Origin: the human T2T-CHM13v2.0 reference genome, Homo sapiens
DNA: 64,000 bases
NCBI RefSeq assembly: GCF_009914755.1
Contig: NC_060926.1
Strand: one strand, 5' to 3'
A program made the translations under genes and the position numbers. The notes under the pieces were generated by a model. The model made no database searches. It saw only the letters and a program-made list of their open reading frames with translations, and was not told where the DNA came from. The first letter of the stretch is position 1. Each line of letters starts with the position of its first letter. Shown one piece after another: positions 13,305 through 26,700 of this stretch.

Positions 13305-14523
13305 ATTACTGTCTCTGAGGGATTTCTGTTGTGTTTTTAAATTTTCAGCTATAATGAGAAGCATATGTATTTTATTTAGCATTTCTACTTGGTTTATATC
13401 AAAGTGCTTTACAGAACATGTAGCCCGAGATGATTTTTTCTCAAGTGGTTTAAGTTAATGTCCTTAGTGGAAGAAAAGCAACTTTAATCCTAATTGTTAA
13501 CCTTAGTGTTTTAGATATGAAAATCAATTTTAAATATTGTACATTGTTCCACAATGGTTGAACTAGTTTACAGTCCGACCAACAGTGTAAAAGTGTTCCT
13601 ATTTCTCCACAACCTCTCCAGCACCTGTTGTTTCCTGACTTTTTAATGACTGCCATTCTAACTGGTGTGAGATGGTATCTCAATGTGGTTTTGATTTGCA
13701 TTTCTCTGATGGCCAGTGATGATGAGCATTTTTTCATGTGTTTTTTGGCTGCATAAATGTCTTCTTTTGAGAAGTGTCTGTTCATGTCCTTTGCCCACTT
13801 TTTGATGGGGTTGTTTGTCTTTTTCTTGTAAATTTGTCAGTGTGGCGATTCCTCAGGGATCTAGAACTAGAAATGCCATTTGACCCAGCCATCCCATTAC
13901 TGGGTATATACCCAAAGGACTATAAATCATGCTGCTATAAAGACACATGCACACGTATGTTTATTGCGGCATTATTCACAATAGCAAAGACTTGGAACCA
14001 ACCCAAATGTCCAACAATGATAGACTGGATTAAGAAAATGTGGGACATATACACCATGGAATACTATGCAGCCATAAAAAATGATGAGTTCATGTCCTTT
14101 GTAGGGACATGGATGAAATTGGAAATCATCATTCTCAGTAAACTATCGCAAGAACAAAAAACCAAACACCGCATATTCTCACTCATAGGTGGGAATTGAA
14201 CAATGAGAACACATGGACACAGGAAGGGGAACATCACACTCTGGGGACTGTTGTGGGGTGGGGGGAGGGGGGAGGGTTAGCATTGGGAGATATACCCAAT
14301 GCTAGATGACGAGTTAGTGGGTGCAGCGCACCAGCATTGTACATGTATACGTATGTAACTAACCTGCACATTGTGCACATATACCCTAAAACTTAAAGTA
14401 TAATAATAATAATAAATAAATAAAATAAAAATAAATAAATATTGTACATTGTTAATATATTACTTTCTAAAATATATGTAATTATGTAATTACCTTAAGC
14501 ATAAAAACAAAATAAGCAGTTTA
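13305..14523 (-). repeat. Copy A of a ~300-bp inverted dispersed duplication (interrupted by the L1PA insertion)
   Basis: 13338-13418 matches the reverse complement of 41121-41200 at 69/81 positions by hand alignment. Homology continues on both sides of the L1. Confidence 0.9.
13549..14435 (+). mobile_element. Young 5'-inverted, truncated L1PA2-like element (twin priming)
   Basis: 18-bp TSD TAAATATTGTACATTGTT at 13531-13548 and 14436-14453. Antisense ORF2 segment to ~13836, then sense ORF2 C-terminus (...KTKHRIFSLIGGN*), 3' UTR with GAG rather than the L1Hs-Ta ACA diagnostic, and an A-rich tail. Confidence 0.95.
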
Positions 14524-14574
14524 ATCAGCATAAGCAGTAAAAGTCAGTAAAAATTCCAGAGTTTACGGTGCAAT

Positions 14575-14742
14575 GAGCTGAGGCCTCTGTTGCAAGTGCA
14601 TCGCAGTCCAGTTTCTCCCTGTATCCAATCTTGCTTTCCTCACTCCCTCCTCAACAGGTATTATCAAAAAGAATAGCCCTCAATAAGCATTCTGTATGCT
14701 AACTTCAATCTCAATGTTTCCCAAATAATCCAAGAGAAGACA
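14575..14742 (+). mobile_element. ERVL LTR16-like 3' fragment
   Basis: ctgaggcctctgttgcaagtgcatcgcagtccagtttctccctgtatccaatcttgctttcctcac...caataagcattctgtatgctaac...aagaca. Confidence 0.6.
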
Positions 14743-14989
14743 TCAGGGTTGAGTTCCAGTTCTACAGTGAGTCAGAAGAATGTTACAGATGACCCAGTCA
14801 ATGCTACAAAGAGAATCCAGAAGGGCCCAATCCATGGACAAGGTTACTACTTAGGAATTCTGGATCATCCCCAGAGCACCCGTATCTGAAGGGCTAGGAA
14901 GGGGATGTGTGTGGAAAATCAGCAGGGAAAAGGAGAGTCAGTCAATCTTGCCCGCTCCTTAAAGTCATATATTTCTTGGAGTTCCAAAA

Positions 14990-15165
14990 ATTTGAGCTCT
15001 AAACATGACTTTGCTTCTTGCTAATGATGTGAGATAAAGTGACTTCTATAAGTGCTCGCTTTCTCCTCTGCAATATGAGAATACAACAGGGTGATTTTGA
15101 ATATTATATGAGGAAATATTTGTGAAGTGCTTAGCACTGTGCCTAGCACATTTTTTAAATGAGCA
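14990..15165 (+). mobile_element. MIR fragment
   Basis: ttctcctctgcaatatgagaata...tgtgaagtgcttagcactgtgcctagcaca. Confidence 0.7.
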
Positions 15166-17664
15166 CCTCCTTATATCTGCAAATATTATCTACTTTAATT
15201 CCTCACATAATTAGGAAAGATATCAGGTTTTTCCTGCAAGTAAGTAGCATCAGAGTGACAAAAAGAAAACAAAAAGCAAAAGATATGGAATAGAAGATTT
15301 CAGTCTGGAAGGAAGGAGAGATCAAATGACACAGAAAGACAAGTAGCTTTAAGGAAAGAAGAGGAACTAGAACAGTGTTGCCTTCAGGATGTTACCATAC
15401 TCCTTGCCCCAGTATTTAATAAATACTTGATACACCTAAAACTTCAACATATCAGGCAAAAAAAACAAACAAACAAAAAAAACAAAAAACACCTCTTGAG
15501 CGATATTGAGCGATAGATTTAAACTCCATTTAAAGAAAATGGTTTAAGATAAATGAAATTTAAAACTCAAAGAAAATCATTTGTATAACTGGGGACTTGG
15601 AACTTTGGCACCATGTTCTCATGAAGGTTCTACCTCTTAATTCCATACTTAAAATAAATGTATTAGTCACCATAGCCATACTTTGAAAAATGTGATACTC
15701 TGCAGGAAGTGTTGTTTTTGTCTAATGACATATTCTCTTTGCTTGAGTGGTCATTAACAGAAAATGACATAGAAGTTCTTATCAATTTTCATTTAGATAG
15801 CATGGAAAAGCAAGGAATTCAACATTCTTCAGTTTTTACATGAATAGTGTCCTACTTGGTACTTTATTAACAACGTATTTTATAATTGTACTGTATTAAT
15901 GGAATTGATCGATAAAAGATGATACATAATTTTTTAAAATTATTCCTTTATGGCTAGTTACCAACAACTTTTTTTCACATTTTCATCCTAATATATTTTA
16001 AAAACTGGGATATATTGGGAGTTAACTAGGTCAGCTCCTTCTTCCCACCTTGTTTTCCTCTAGCCAATTATCTTTGTTTGTCATTAGAGTAATAGGAAGT
16101 GATATAAGAAGGTTGCTACCTGGTTATTCTGACAATGCCCCTGACAATACTTCAGTGATACTGTTTCAACTCTCAACACAGTCTTCAGTTTCACAGATTT
16201 GTAGCATCTCTCAGTATCCCTAAGATGCTCAGAGTCAGGGATATAGACTCACACTAATCAAAATCTCAAGGGAACAAAATGTACATGTGGTAATTTCCAT
16301 TGAAAAATATAATGATCAAGTAGAATGAAATGTTTAAATGGCCCTAATACTTTTATTCTCTCTCAGAAAGCTGTATATGATTATAATTAGAAAGTTGTTT
16401 ATAATTAAAATAATGTTATGGAGTTACATAGTTTCAATGGATTTTGAGATCAAGCTTAAATGGTTTGTTGCAGCTGTCTCCACAGCGGGTGTGTATGTTA
16501 AGCAGACCATAATGCTAAGGATCATTGTCTGGAGGACTCCCACTGTGGGATATTGAGGGATGAACTGCCAGCTTCTCTTTTTGACTCTAACATTTCTATA
16601 TTTCTGATAAACCATGTACCTTCGGTGGCTATACGTACCCTTTTAATATATTAATAGCATTGTCTTAGTCATGATTTAAGTATGCTAATGTAGTCATATT
16701 TTGATAGAAAATACACCCTCATCTCTTGATTGGGACCACCCATTTCTAAGAAATAATTACTTAGGTGGGTGTTTTTCCATATGGCTGACTTCATCCATTT
16801 ACATATTGATTTTCCGTAATCGAGTCTCAAAAGTTTAACAAATGTCTAAGTTCTGAGGAAAACTTGTGCACTTATATCACTCTTCAGAGTGTGTTTGGCA
16901 ATTCAATTCTTTTAACTGTACCCCTTTTGTGGGTAATTTTATTTACTGCCTTGTGATAGTTTTACATTCAGTTTATTTATGTTTTAAATAGGTCATATTT
17001 AACATGATTAAAAAATCTTTTTAAAAGTATGGATAAAAATATCTTCCTCTTACTTTTATTTTCCTCCTTTCCTTTTCCTATTCCCCTCTTCTGTAAACAC
17101 CAATTGGTTTTTTCTGTATCCCTCCAGTGTTTCCATATATGTATATAAGTCTTATGAATATATATTTGCTTGGTGTCCCTCTTTACACAAATGCTAGATG
17201 TCTGTACACACTGCTCTGTGCCTTGCCTTTTAAATTTAACAAGTTACTTTGGAAAGCTTTCCACATCATTGCATAGAGAACTACTCATTATTTTTCCTAG
17301 TTGTATAGTATTCCACTGGGTTAATGTACCATGATTTATTGAACCAGTTTCCAATTAACTTTTCATTGTTTTCTATTCCTTTACTGTAACAAGAAGATAA
17401 CAACGTATAACCTGAATATAAGTTATTTCATCCATGTATAAATACAAAAACTTGCTAAACCAAAAGACACATACCAATTATTTCAGCAGATGTTGCACAA
17501 TTGCTTTCCATATGCCTCATACCATACTATACTCTTATCAGTAATTTGCAAAGTATGTTTAGCCAGAGTGTGTTACCAGCTTTTGGGTTTTGCCAGTTAA
17601 GTGAAAACTAGCATCTTATTGGAATTTTAATTTGCCTTTCTCTGTAAGACTGGGAATATAACTA

Positions 17665-18900
<1,236 letters not shown>

Positions 18901-20639
18901 GTTTTTAGGACTTATTTTTATTTCCTTTATTTGAACTCTCTATATTATTTGTTTTTCTATTGTGACTGTGATATTTTTCTTAAAGCTTTCTAGATTTCCT
19001 ATCACCTAAGAAAAATTATCCTTTTATAGTGCTATAAATTAGAAATATAATAATTTACATATATATTTTTCTCATGTTACATTTGTTGTGTTTGTTTGTA
19101 CATGTTCTTTCCTAAGTTATCGAATTGATCCATTTTAATGACTCTGGAGTGTTTAGTCAGAATTAGACATATTATTTTTCCTCCAAGATTTGGGATGTAT
19201 TATTTTATGGTCTTGTTTTATACTTTTATATTTTACATTTGTACTTTTAATCCATTAGAAACTTACTTTGGTAACAAATGGAAAGTAGGAATTTAACTAT
19301 GTCTGACTAAGTAACCGGTTGTCCTAACATCACTTATTGACTTACCTATATTTTCTTCACTGATACTATATATTGCCTTTCATAACCTATATTCCTAGAT
19401 GTACTTGAGTCCAATTCTGGCATTTCTTTTCTATTCCTTTGGTCTCCATGTCTGTTTATGAGACATGACCATAAAGTCTTATTTACTAAGGCTTTATAAT
19501 TATTTTAATAAATGGTAGGGCTAAGCCTATCTCTCTGATTTTCATTTTTATAATTTCCTAGGTATTTCTGTTATTTTCTCAGTTGGTAAAACACTGTGGA
19601 AGCATTTTTATTAGTTGCAATCTTTTAAAAAGGCAAGAACAATGTAATTAATAGTATTTTATTGAGATCATGTTAAAACTAAACTTACAGAGAGAACTGG
19701 CATTTTACTTTTTGAGACTTCCTATCAGAATATGATCTGTGTTTCTATTTGTTTCAGCTCTCCTTTTTCTATTTTTCTAGGGTATTTTAAATGTTTCTTC
19801 AAATGGGTCTCTTGCTTTTCTTGTTAAGCATATTCCTAGTTATTTTATCATTCTGTCGCTATTGTAAATGTGGTTATTTTAACTTTGCCCTATACCTTCT
19901 AAGTGTTTTCTATTTTACATAAAAATTTTATTAATTTCTGTAGGGTATTGATTTATACCCCAATAATTTATCACATTTTCATATTATTTGTGTGTTTTTT
20001 CAATGATTTCTATTATGAGTTTCTGTCTTGGAATCATTTAAGCTACTGAGAGACAGTTTAATCTCTTCCTTTCCTAATTCATGTCTAATTTATTGCCTAA
20101 CGTATTCAGTAATTATTTTCAAACCCAACAGTTGCAACAGTGAGCACAGCCATCTTGTTTCTGGTTCAATGTGATTTCCTTCTCTGAGGCCTAGTGAAGC
20201 CTGATACTGACATTAGTGCTGACACAGATACAGTCATCATGATAGAGGAATGTACAGCTACTAGTATTTCCTTAAGAACAGTCGATTTTTAAAAATAGAC
20301 TTTTCAGCATTGTTGGAGATAATCACACATTTCCTCCATAGTTCTCACTGCTCTGGAGAAGAGTGAATCTCTCCTGGCTTTTGCACCTTCATCTTCTGGC
20401 CTAGAGCAGGTGCCCAGGAGCTACTCCCTCTCTGTGTGCAGTGACCTTGGTTGGCTTCTTCACCTCCAACAGCAAGAGCAAAAAGATGGACCCTAGAGCT
20501 GTATGTGCTCCTGGAAACCTTCCCCCACTCTCCTAACATTCACACATTTGCCACCCTATTTGCCTTGAGATAATCAGAACAAATCTCATCATATCTATAT
20601 CACTGAATTCTGATTTCCACAAGGTTCAAATGTGTCACC

Positions 20640-20945
20640 TAACCTTTGAGAACTTCCCTTGCACTCCATTTAACGTTGCAACTCTTCTCGTCTATTTCCA
20701 GTACACACTATTCCCCATTCCCCTTCCCTGCATCAGGATTTCTTTAGCATGTATCACCAAATACAAAACTCTATAATTACTTATTATTATAAAAATTTAC
20801 TTCTCATTCAACCACCCCACTTGATTATAAATCCATATGGCAGAGAATTTGTCTCTCATTTATTGATGTATCTCTGGTGAAGAATATATCTATTGCAGAC
20901 TCAATGGTCAATGATTTTGTTTTAATGAATCTAATAATGGAATGA
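20640..20945 (+). mobile_element. L2 3'-end fragment
   Basis: tttctttagcatgtatcacc...gattataaatccatatggcagagaatttgtctctc...aatgaat. Confidence 0.55.
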
Positions 20946-23720
20946 AATATACTAATAAATTTAGTAATATCTTATCATCCTGGAATGAAATCCACTGCTC
21001 ATGATGTCATGTTTTTTATTTTGTGACTGAATTTATATACTAATATCCTATTTTGGCTTTTTGCATTGATGTTTATGAGTAAGTTTGGTCTATAGATTTC
21101 ATTATTATGCAAACTTGGTCAGGTTTTGGAGTTAATTGATATAGCTGCTTTAAAAAAGAAATACTTTAGAAGTTTTCTCTGTTTTTCCAGTAGTTTTAGA
21201 AGTTATTGTATTATCTATTTCTAAAGACTTGGTTGAATCCTCAGAAATTATACAGCTCTAATTATTCATTTTCTAATTGGAGTATTAAACTCTTTGACAA
21301 TTTTAAGTTTTGTCCTATGAAAATCAATCTGTATAGAATTCTATCTGTCCTGGAATTAGTTTTTCCATTTACATTTGCATAGATAATGTCCATATCATGT
21401 AATTTTTCTAAATTATTTAGTGTTGAGAAAATTGGTTTTTTAATATTTTATTATTTTTTTAAATTTTATGATTTTTCCTATGCATATGTGTATTTGTGCC
21501 TATATATATGTGTATGTGTGTCTATATACATTGGTGTGTTCGTGTGTGTGTAATTTTTCTTGGGTATTAATACTTTCTTCCTTTTTCTTAATTTAGTTTA
21601 GGTATGGATTTATGTATTTTATTGAATTGTTTGTTTTTACAAGGAATCAGCCTTTGTATTCCTTTATGATCCCTAGAATTGTTCTGTTTTAAAACATTAA
21701 TTTTTAATTTTACATTAATTTTTAATTAATGTTTTTTTTTCCTTCATAATACTTTCCATTTTCATCAGTTTGTTTTGTGAATCTTCAACTCTTGGATTTA
21801 TTCACTGCCTGTATATTTTTAAAATAGATTTAGTGTTTTTAAAGCTATTAATTTTTTGAGCACTGTTTTAGCTATAATTATTCCATTAGATCTGATAGGT
21901 CACATTTTCATTATAATTTTTATTATATATTCTACAGTCTCAGTTTGTAGTTCTTAATATATTCAATAGTTTTTTTTAGATAATTTTGTAATTTAAAAAC
22001 GGAAGGTGCTTTTTTCTTTTTTTAAAAAAAATTGGTTGTGTTGCATTATGATGAAATGTTTCCAGCCATATTTGTATTTTTGAGGGTTTTTTTTTTTTTT
22101 AGCCTAAGATATGGTCATTTTCTTTAACTATTTTTGGGGCATTGAAAAGAGGCCATATTCTCTAGACTCAGAATATAAAGTTTGATATATAAATCTGTAT
22201 AATATCACATTGTGTGTATGTTATTTAGATTTTCCTCTGCACCAATACTTTTTGTTTCACTTTCTCAAGGACTGGGAGATATTAATTAAACTTTCCTTTA
22301 AGTATATTCTAATTCCGAATCTACCAAAGTTTCGTTTTTATAGACATTGACACTATATTATTTGTTCTTTAATAACCATCACTATAGTTTCCTTGTGAAT
22401 TACATGATTTAGCTGTATAAACTTCTGTATCCAGTGTAATGGTTTGGGCCTACCTTTTCTGATAACATAATTGGCATATCTGTTTCCTTTTTGTTTATAT
22501 TTGCTTCCTCTAACTGTGTTTATCCTTTTTATTTTTAACTTTTCTGTGTCACTTTAATTTAGGTTTGTTCTTGGTTTATAGAATAAAGTTGTATCTTGCT
22601 GTGTAATACCATCTGAATAATATTTTTAATTGGTCTGTGAACCTCATTTCCCCCATCACTGTCATATTTTAGTTAATAACACTACCTTTGTTTTTTACTT
22701 TTATATCATTAAATATGCTTTTAAATATATTTTTTAATTTTTTAAGTATGAGGTTGATTTTAAATAATATCTGTTCCTCCCAGATCTTACAGATGAAACA
22801 ACCAACAAATGTAATTACACATACCTTCTTTCTAAAATTCCTTTCCAATTTGCGTAAGTTGTTGAATTTCTAGCTTCTTAGAAACTTAATGTTTTCATTC
22901 TGCTATACAGTTTCAATCCACATTTTCCTCTTTCAGTTCTATTGTTAAATAAATGTACTGTTTTCTCCAGTTTTTTAATTTTCCACTTATCTCTTGAAAA
23001 GCATAGAGATCAGCAGTTTCTTCAAAAAAGGCCCAAGGGAACAATTTTCTTTGGGTTCTTGACTGTTCAAAATTGTTTGATATTAATATGAAGAAAAGCT
23101 TGGCAGAATATAAAATTTATTGGACATAACTTTCTTCTTGTGAATATTTAAGATGCTCATGTTTGGGCACAGAAAGTTGCTATGAATAAATGAGACCGAC
23201 CTGATTTTTCTTCCATATAAATAACTTGATATTTTTGATAGGCTGCCCAACTATTTTTCCTTTGTCTTTGAAATCCAATAACTAAACAATGACATATCTT
23301 AGTTTTGATCAAACTGAATTAATTTTCTTATCCATTGTTTACTCTTATTTTAGGGAAATTTTCTGGAATTATATTTTCAATTATTTGTTTTGACACATTA
23401 TTGAAGTTATAGGCTGTGTTTCGGCTCTCTACAAGAAGCATCTTGGTTCGTTGTTCTCTACAGCCCCTGAATCCACCATTTGAGAAGTCATTTCTTTCCA
23501 TTATTTTCCTTGGCTATATCTATAATGACTCAAAAGTCCAGGTTTTCTTCTCTTAAGATATTACTTGAGTCTGATGGTTTTCAAAAAGACATGCTGGCTT
23601 ATAAATGCCTTAGCCTGGTATGGCTTACATCAGTTCTATGAACAGCCCACTGGGCAGAGTAAGTCACACTGCCCCAGTCAAACTGTAACGCAGACTGGAA
23701 AACATAATAGAGCACATGGA

Positions 23721-23818
23721 AGCCAGGCATAGTGGTGCATGCCTGTAGTCAGGACCACTCAGGAGATTGAGGTGTTCCAGACCAACCTGGGCAACATAGC
23801 AAGACTTGTGTCTTAAGA
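23721..23818 (+). mobile_element. Alu monomer (FLAM-like) with internal deletion
   Basis: gccaggcatagtggtgcatgcctgtagtc...ccagaccaacctgggcaacatagcaagac. Confidence 0.8.
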
Positions 23819-24189
23819 ATATTTAATGAAAAATATGACAATAATGAAAGAGCAAATGGGTATTCAGTAAGTAATGCCTTAAACACTCAACTTTGGTCTA
23901 GATTTTCCTGGAAGAGCTATTTGCATAAGGTTCCTTTGTCGGGGTGGGCTGCAAAAGTAGTCTTACATGCTAGAGAGCTTTCAGAACTCTTAAGCTATTG
24001 TTTATGCAACTACAAGCACTAAATGCATTCTTTAACTCCCCTTTGCAGAATTCTTTATTGATACTTAATTCTTCTGTTTATCTGAACCAGAACAGTTCTA
24101 GTATGTTTTTGCTCACTGCAGCTTCTCCACCTGTGATTACAAACAAAGGCTATAGTATTACTTCAGAATATGGGGTTGGGATACTTCAG

Positions 24190-24780
24190 GGTAGTAGACA
24201 AACATTAAAAGACCTACAGTGATTCTTGACTCCTAGTATTCTGTCTTAATAATCCTATCCCTTGAAATATAGGTAAGACCTGTGACTTCCTTCCAAACAA
24301 TTCAATTGAATATAACAAAGGTAACGTTCACTCCCATGATTATGTTGTGTTATGTAAGACTGAGTCTTAGCACACTGGAAAGAGAGATGTGTTCTTGTTG
24401 AATTGATGAAATAAGAAGCCTTGTTGAGGAAGTCCAAGTAACAAAGAACCGTGGACAGCCTCTATAAATTGTGAATAGAGTCTAGGACCTGAAGCTCACA
24501 TTCAGCCAACAGCCAGCAAAACATAACTCTTCAGCTTTCGTCCAGACCCCCTAAGGATATGGATTCTCCTCAATCTGAATGAGCTGGAAAGCAGATTCTT
24601 CCCCTAGAGCCTCCAGATGAGAATGCAGCCTGGCTGACAATTTCACTGCAACCTTGTGGTACCCTGAGCAGAACACCCAGCTAAACTCTGCCCAGACTCC
24701 TGTGAAATAATAGAAGTATATGTTGCTTTACTTCATTAAATTTGTGGCAATCTGCTATTAAGCAAAATAAAACTAATACT
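24190..24780 (+). mobile_element. MaLR solo LTR (MLT1E/F-like)
   Basis: gagcctccagatgagaatgcagcctggctgaca...ccctgagcagaacacccagctaa...aaaactaatac. Confidence 0.8.
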
Positions 24781-26177
24781 TTCAGGAAGTATAATTTACT
24801 GGTGTTTTCCAAGATGCCGCTATTTGGCATTCTTGCAGTGTTCCATACATTTTCTCTTTACTTCCTTCTATGTGGTTTCTAACTGATTATCACATTTCAC
24901 AACAATTAAAGAGATTTTGGTGTCTGCAGATTATTTATGCCTCCAAGGTCTACTGAAAGTTGAGGTTTTCTTCTTTAAGTTTTTTCTTCCCTTGTTGCTT
25001 TAGGATAATTTTCAGAAGAAAAAGTAAAAGTTCTAACTTGCCTGTTCATGATAATGGCTGAATTATCCTGCCTTATATAATTCTTATTTGTGTATCTATT
25101 ATTTTGGCTGCTTTATTAGACTGTAAGGGCTTTGATGACCAGAACATAAATAATTTTGACTCATTTTTAGGCCTGATCTTAATGGCTTACACACAAGTTT
25201 CTCTGCAAATATTATTGAGTTATAATTAGTGTGAAATGTTAATCTATTAATTCCGATTTGGAGGGTTTTTTTTTTTGGCACACAGTACCCACTAACTCTC
25301 TAGTGTTAAATGTAGACCAGTTGGTCTCTGGATAATCTAATCTTCATTTTTAACTAATAGGGTAAGCCAATCAGTACCTTCTGTCTCCAAACACAGTGAT
25401 TTATTGTATGTGGTCTAATGACCCAAGAGAGTATACTAATGTCAGTTGAGAATCAGTTGTGTGACTTTTGTTTTAGGTCTCCTTTGACAAACTTCTATTC
25501 TAGCTATGTGATTCTTGGGAAAAGTCTTAATCTCTTTCATTCTCAATGATCAGCTCATAATGATATGAGCCTCAAGTTGCGTGGTGTCAGAATGGAGCCA
25601 AAACAGAGGAAGTAGAACTCAGAGATAAATCCTTGTGACACATTTTAGGCCTTAAATCAATTCATGTTTGGAACACAAATAACCTTGAAGTGTGATCACT
25701 ATGATTAGTCAATTAATTTCCTTTTATCCTAAACCAGTTTAAACTGTGTTTTCTCTCATTTTCTAATGGAATGATCTTATCGAATAGATCTTACCACCAT
25801 CTTCTGGGTTATTCACATAGGTGAATTCCTCTAGGTGATTTGTTAATATCATCCTCTCCTTCCCCTGTTAAAAAGCCTATAAATTTACCTAGATGGAGCA
25901 TTTTTACTTCTATAGCATCCAGGAATGTTCTTTTAGAACATTCATCACACTAACGATTATTTGTTTACTATTTTTCCTTCTATACTGTGAGTTTCTTAAA
26001 TGCCATACTTTGTCTACTTTTTATTACTACATCCCCATGCTCATAGTACATCTGATAAATATATCTTACATTAACGATTAAACAACTTAACAAAGATTAT
26101 AACTCTCTGCTTAAATAATTTATATAGCAACAATTTGAACATGTTTTTGTCTCCACACTTAACCTCTTCTCAGTTAG

Positions 26178-26390
26178 AGACAGTGTGCTATAGTAGACAG
26201 AGCAATGGGTTCATAGCCCAACAAATCTCATCCCTCCATCCTCTGGCTATGTGCTTTGAGAGAGCTGTCTTAATCTTTCCATTACTAGGTATATGAAATG
26301 CAAATAGAATATCTTCCAGAGGTGCTATGAAAACCAACTGAGATGTTGTACGTAGTACTTCTCAAAGACACAAGATATTCACTAAGTTCT
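26178..26390 (+). mobile_element. MIR fragment
   Basis: acagtgtgctatagtagacagagca...ctctggctatgtgctttgag...aactgagatgttgtacgt. Confidence 0.55.
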
Positions 26391-26474
26391 AATTCTTCCT
26401 CTCCTCTTCAAGCATACATTCCGAAGGGGAATATTCATTGTGTTTTATTGTACTTTCCCTGCAGAAATTAATTG

Positions 26475-26700
26475 CTGGCCTTTGATCAGTGTTTAGGCAA
26501 ACTCTACCCTCTGTATCTCACCCTTCATTGTGAGAAGAGCTGCTCTTTCCTCCTATTTTGAGTATGCACTTCAGATTTCTCCTCTGGTGCATAAGTGTAC
26601 TTGTCATACTCAAATTTCTATTTGTTCTGCACTCTTGCTTCTATTTATTGACATCATTAATAATAAATCTTTCCTCACAAAAAGGAAGAAAAGAAAAGAA
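26475..26700 (+). pseudogene. Probable retrocopied mRNA 3'-end fragment (source unknown)
   Basis: AATAAA at 26662-26667, CA about 11 nt downstream, then a decayed A-tail 26679-26700; degenerate flanking direct repeat gaaattaattgct / gaattagttct. Confidence 0.4.

Noticed and set aside
13450-14199. 111-aa and 141-aa ORFs with strong protein-like sequence
   Set aside because: Both are L1 ORF2 C-terminal pieces fused across the inversion or flank, not host genes.
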